From NCBI RefSeq assembly GCF_006345805.1, contig NC_043001.1:99448001-99512000 (forward strand): 64,000 nt of DNA, written 5' to 3'. The notes under the pieces are model-generated. The model was not told where the DNA came from. It did no database searches and saw nothing but the letters and a program-made list of their open reading frames with translations. This DNA is from Octopus sinensis (taxonomy: Eukaryota). Each line of letters begins with the position of its first letter. Position 1 is the first letter of the stretch. The position numbers and the translations under genes are program-made. Of the stretch, positions 62,261-64,000 are shown in pieces.

Positions 62261-62944
62261 ATGATGAACAATAAGCATCAAAAGCCTTCATGCAAATTTC
62301 AGTTAATGAAAGAACACATATCTGAATTGAAAGGGGTGGGGGGCAAAAATTCACTCAAAAGTTAGGTGTCATATCTTATCACCAACACTGAATTATGTAG
62401 CTGGTAGAGACACTTAGGTTTGACAAGACTATAGAACAGAATGTAACACAAGATGGTATTTATTGTTTAAAGCATTGGTAGTAATGTCAAATAATTTGTC
62501 CATGTACAGTATTGAGTTTAGTTTTTTCCATTGAAAAGTTACACTTGGTAGCCTGATATACTGTCCATAGAGTGATCTCCACATCTACTTTACAACATAA
62601 AGTGAGGCATAATCACCAACATGGCACAGTGGTTGACAGGACTCTAAAAGACTTGGACAGTTATGTCAGCAAATACTGCTTCCTTGTTCGTCTATAGATT
62701 TCCTTAATGTATGAGAGATGTGTAATTGAAAATAAATCTGTTAATTCAGAATTAAAAGTTAAGAGTTTAATTACAACATAAGTAAACTGAATACATTTCA
62801 TAGAATGTAAAAATTATAATAATAGTAATAATTTTCTTATGGCCAGAGGGGCTGCAAAAAAGGACATTTGGGATGTAGATAGAAATGTGTAAACAACAGT
62901 AATTTGCAAAAAGTCTCTTAAACAAAATAGATGCAAACACAGAC

Positions 62945-63103
62945 ATGGCTCTGTGGTAAGAAGTACGCTTCCTAATCACATGGTTTCGGGTTCAGTTCCA
63001 ATGCACAGCAACTTCAGCAAGTGTCTTTAACTACAGTTCCAGGCTGACCAAAGCCTTGTGAGTGGATTTCGTCAACAGAAACTGAAAGAAGCCCATCACA
63101 CTC

Positions 63104-63138
<35 letters not shown>

Positions 63139-63246
63139 TGGCCTGCCCGCTTAGCCAGTGGGGTGGCGTCATTTGAAGGCTAAAACAATGCGAAACGCAT
63201 TGTGACCAGCGATGTGTAGCAACATTTGATAGCCTGGTCGGTCACG

Positions 63247-63312
<66 letters not shown>

Positions 63313-63540
63313 ATATACACATGCACATGTATGTATTTGTGTGTATGTTGTCCACCACCATCGCTTGACAAGTGTTAGCTTCTTTATGTCCTTATAACTT
63401 AGCAGTTTGGCAAAAGAGACTGATTGAAGAAATACCAGGTTTAGAAAATATAAGTACTGGGGTCGATTTGTTTGATTAAACTCAAGGTAGTGCCCTAGCA
63501 TCTCTGCACTCCAATGACTGAAACAAGTAAAAGATAAAAT
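62945..63540 (+). mobile_element. Family-A SINE split by a family-F fragment (63140-63250) within its central (TA)n
   Basis: Head tggctctgtggtaagaagtacg...gaaagaagccc, then (TA)n, family-F tail, (TA)n, and family-A tail ...gactgaaacaagtaaaagataaaa. Confidence 0.75.
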
Positions 63541-63864
63541 CCTCAATTGGTGGTATGGAGAAGGCCACCTAGAAGCAACCAAGGAACTCCAAAGGTCCCA
63601 AGCCACCCACCCTATTCACTGGGATACTATGGCAAGTATTCCTGTCTAGTGTGTGCTCCTCAGCCTACAGGTATCAGCTCACTCACTTGAACCATCTTCA
63701 ATGACATTCACCTGTTCTTTCAACAAATTTACTTGGAGAATAACACTTCCTTCTCAACCATCACCTTCCTTTTTAAATGGAAGTTTAAAAAATTGATGGG
63801 GCTTTGTCTGAAGAGGAAAGTGTCCATGTTGAGTCCTTTTAGTTTTGAACACCATACAATCATA

Positions 63865-64000
63865 ATAATGGTTTCAAATTTTGGCACAAGACCAGCAATT
63901 TTAGGGGATAGGGTAAGTTGATTACATCACTCCCCAGTGTTCCACAGCTACATTTTTTTATTGACCCCAAAGAGATGAAAGCAAAGTCAACTTTACCAGA
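63865..64000 (-). mobile_element. Family-B SINE running off the window
   Basis: ataatggtttcaaattttggcacaagaccagcaatttt...ttgaccccaaagagatgaaagcaaagtc. Confidence 0.7.

Overview
AT-rich eukaryotic genomic DNA. The SINE, RTE and microsatellite landscape looks like a coleoid cephalopod (Octopus-like); this is inferred from repeat types, not proven. Three host features are supportable: (1) the last coding exon of SNU13/NHP2L1 (15.5K K-turn-binding protein; + strand, 1622-1746); (2) a tRNA-Asn(GTT) gene (- strand, 10182-10255); (3) a complete 8-exon coilin gene (+ strand, 10458-35863; 2319 nt of CDS, 772 aa) with all intron phases consistent. Most of the remainder is decayed mobile DNA: Tc1/mariner remnants, RTE, HERO and R4/Dong-like LINE pieces, Helitrons, piggyBac/hAT/Merlin-like MITEs and several tRNA-derived SINE families. 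Most six-frame ORFs are transposon remnants or microsatellite read-throughs. The most interesting signal is a recurring Penelope-type minimal hammerhead-ribozyme motif, found five times in three unrelated repeat families. One is a tRNA-headed SINE carrying the motif in its 3' half (12480-12710, 13245-13429). Another is a fold-back element with one hammerhead on each strand (43039-43162 and 44598-44723). Several other fold-backs at 42-51 kb share the same architecture. All structure calls were made by eye and need covariance-model, RNA-seq or cleavage-assay confirmation.
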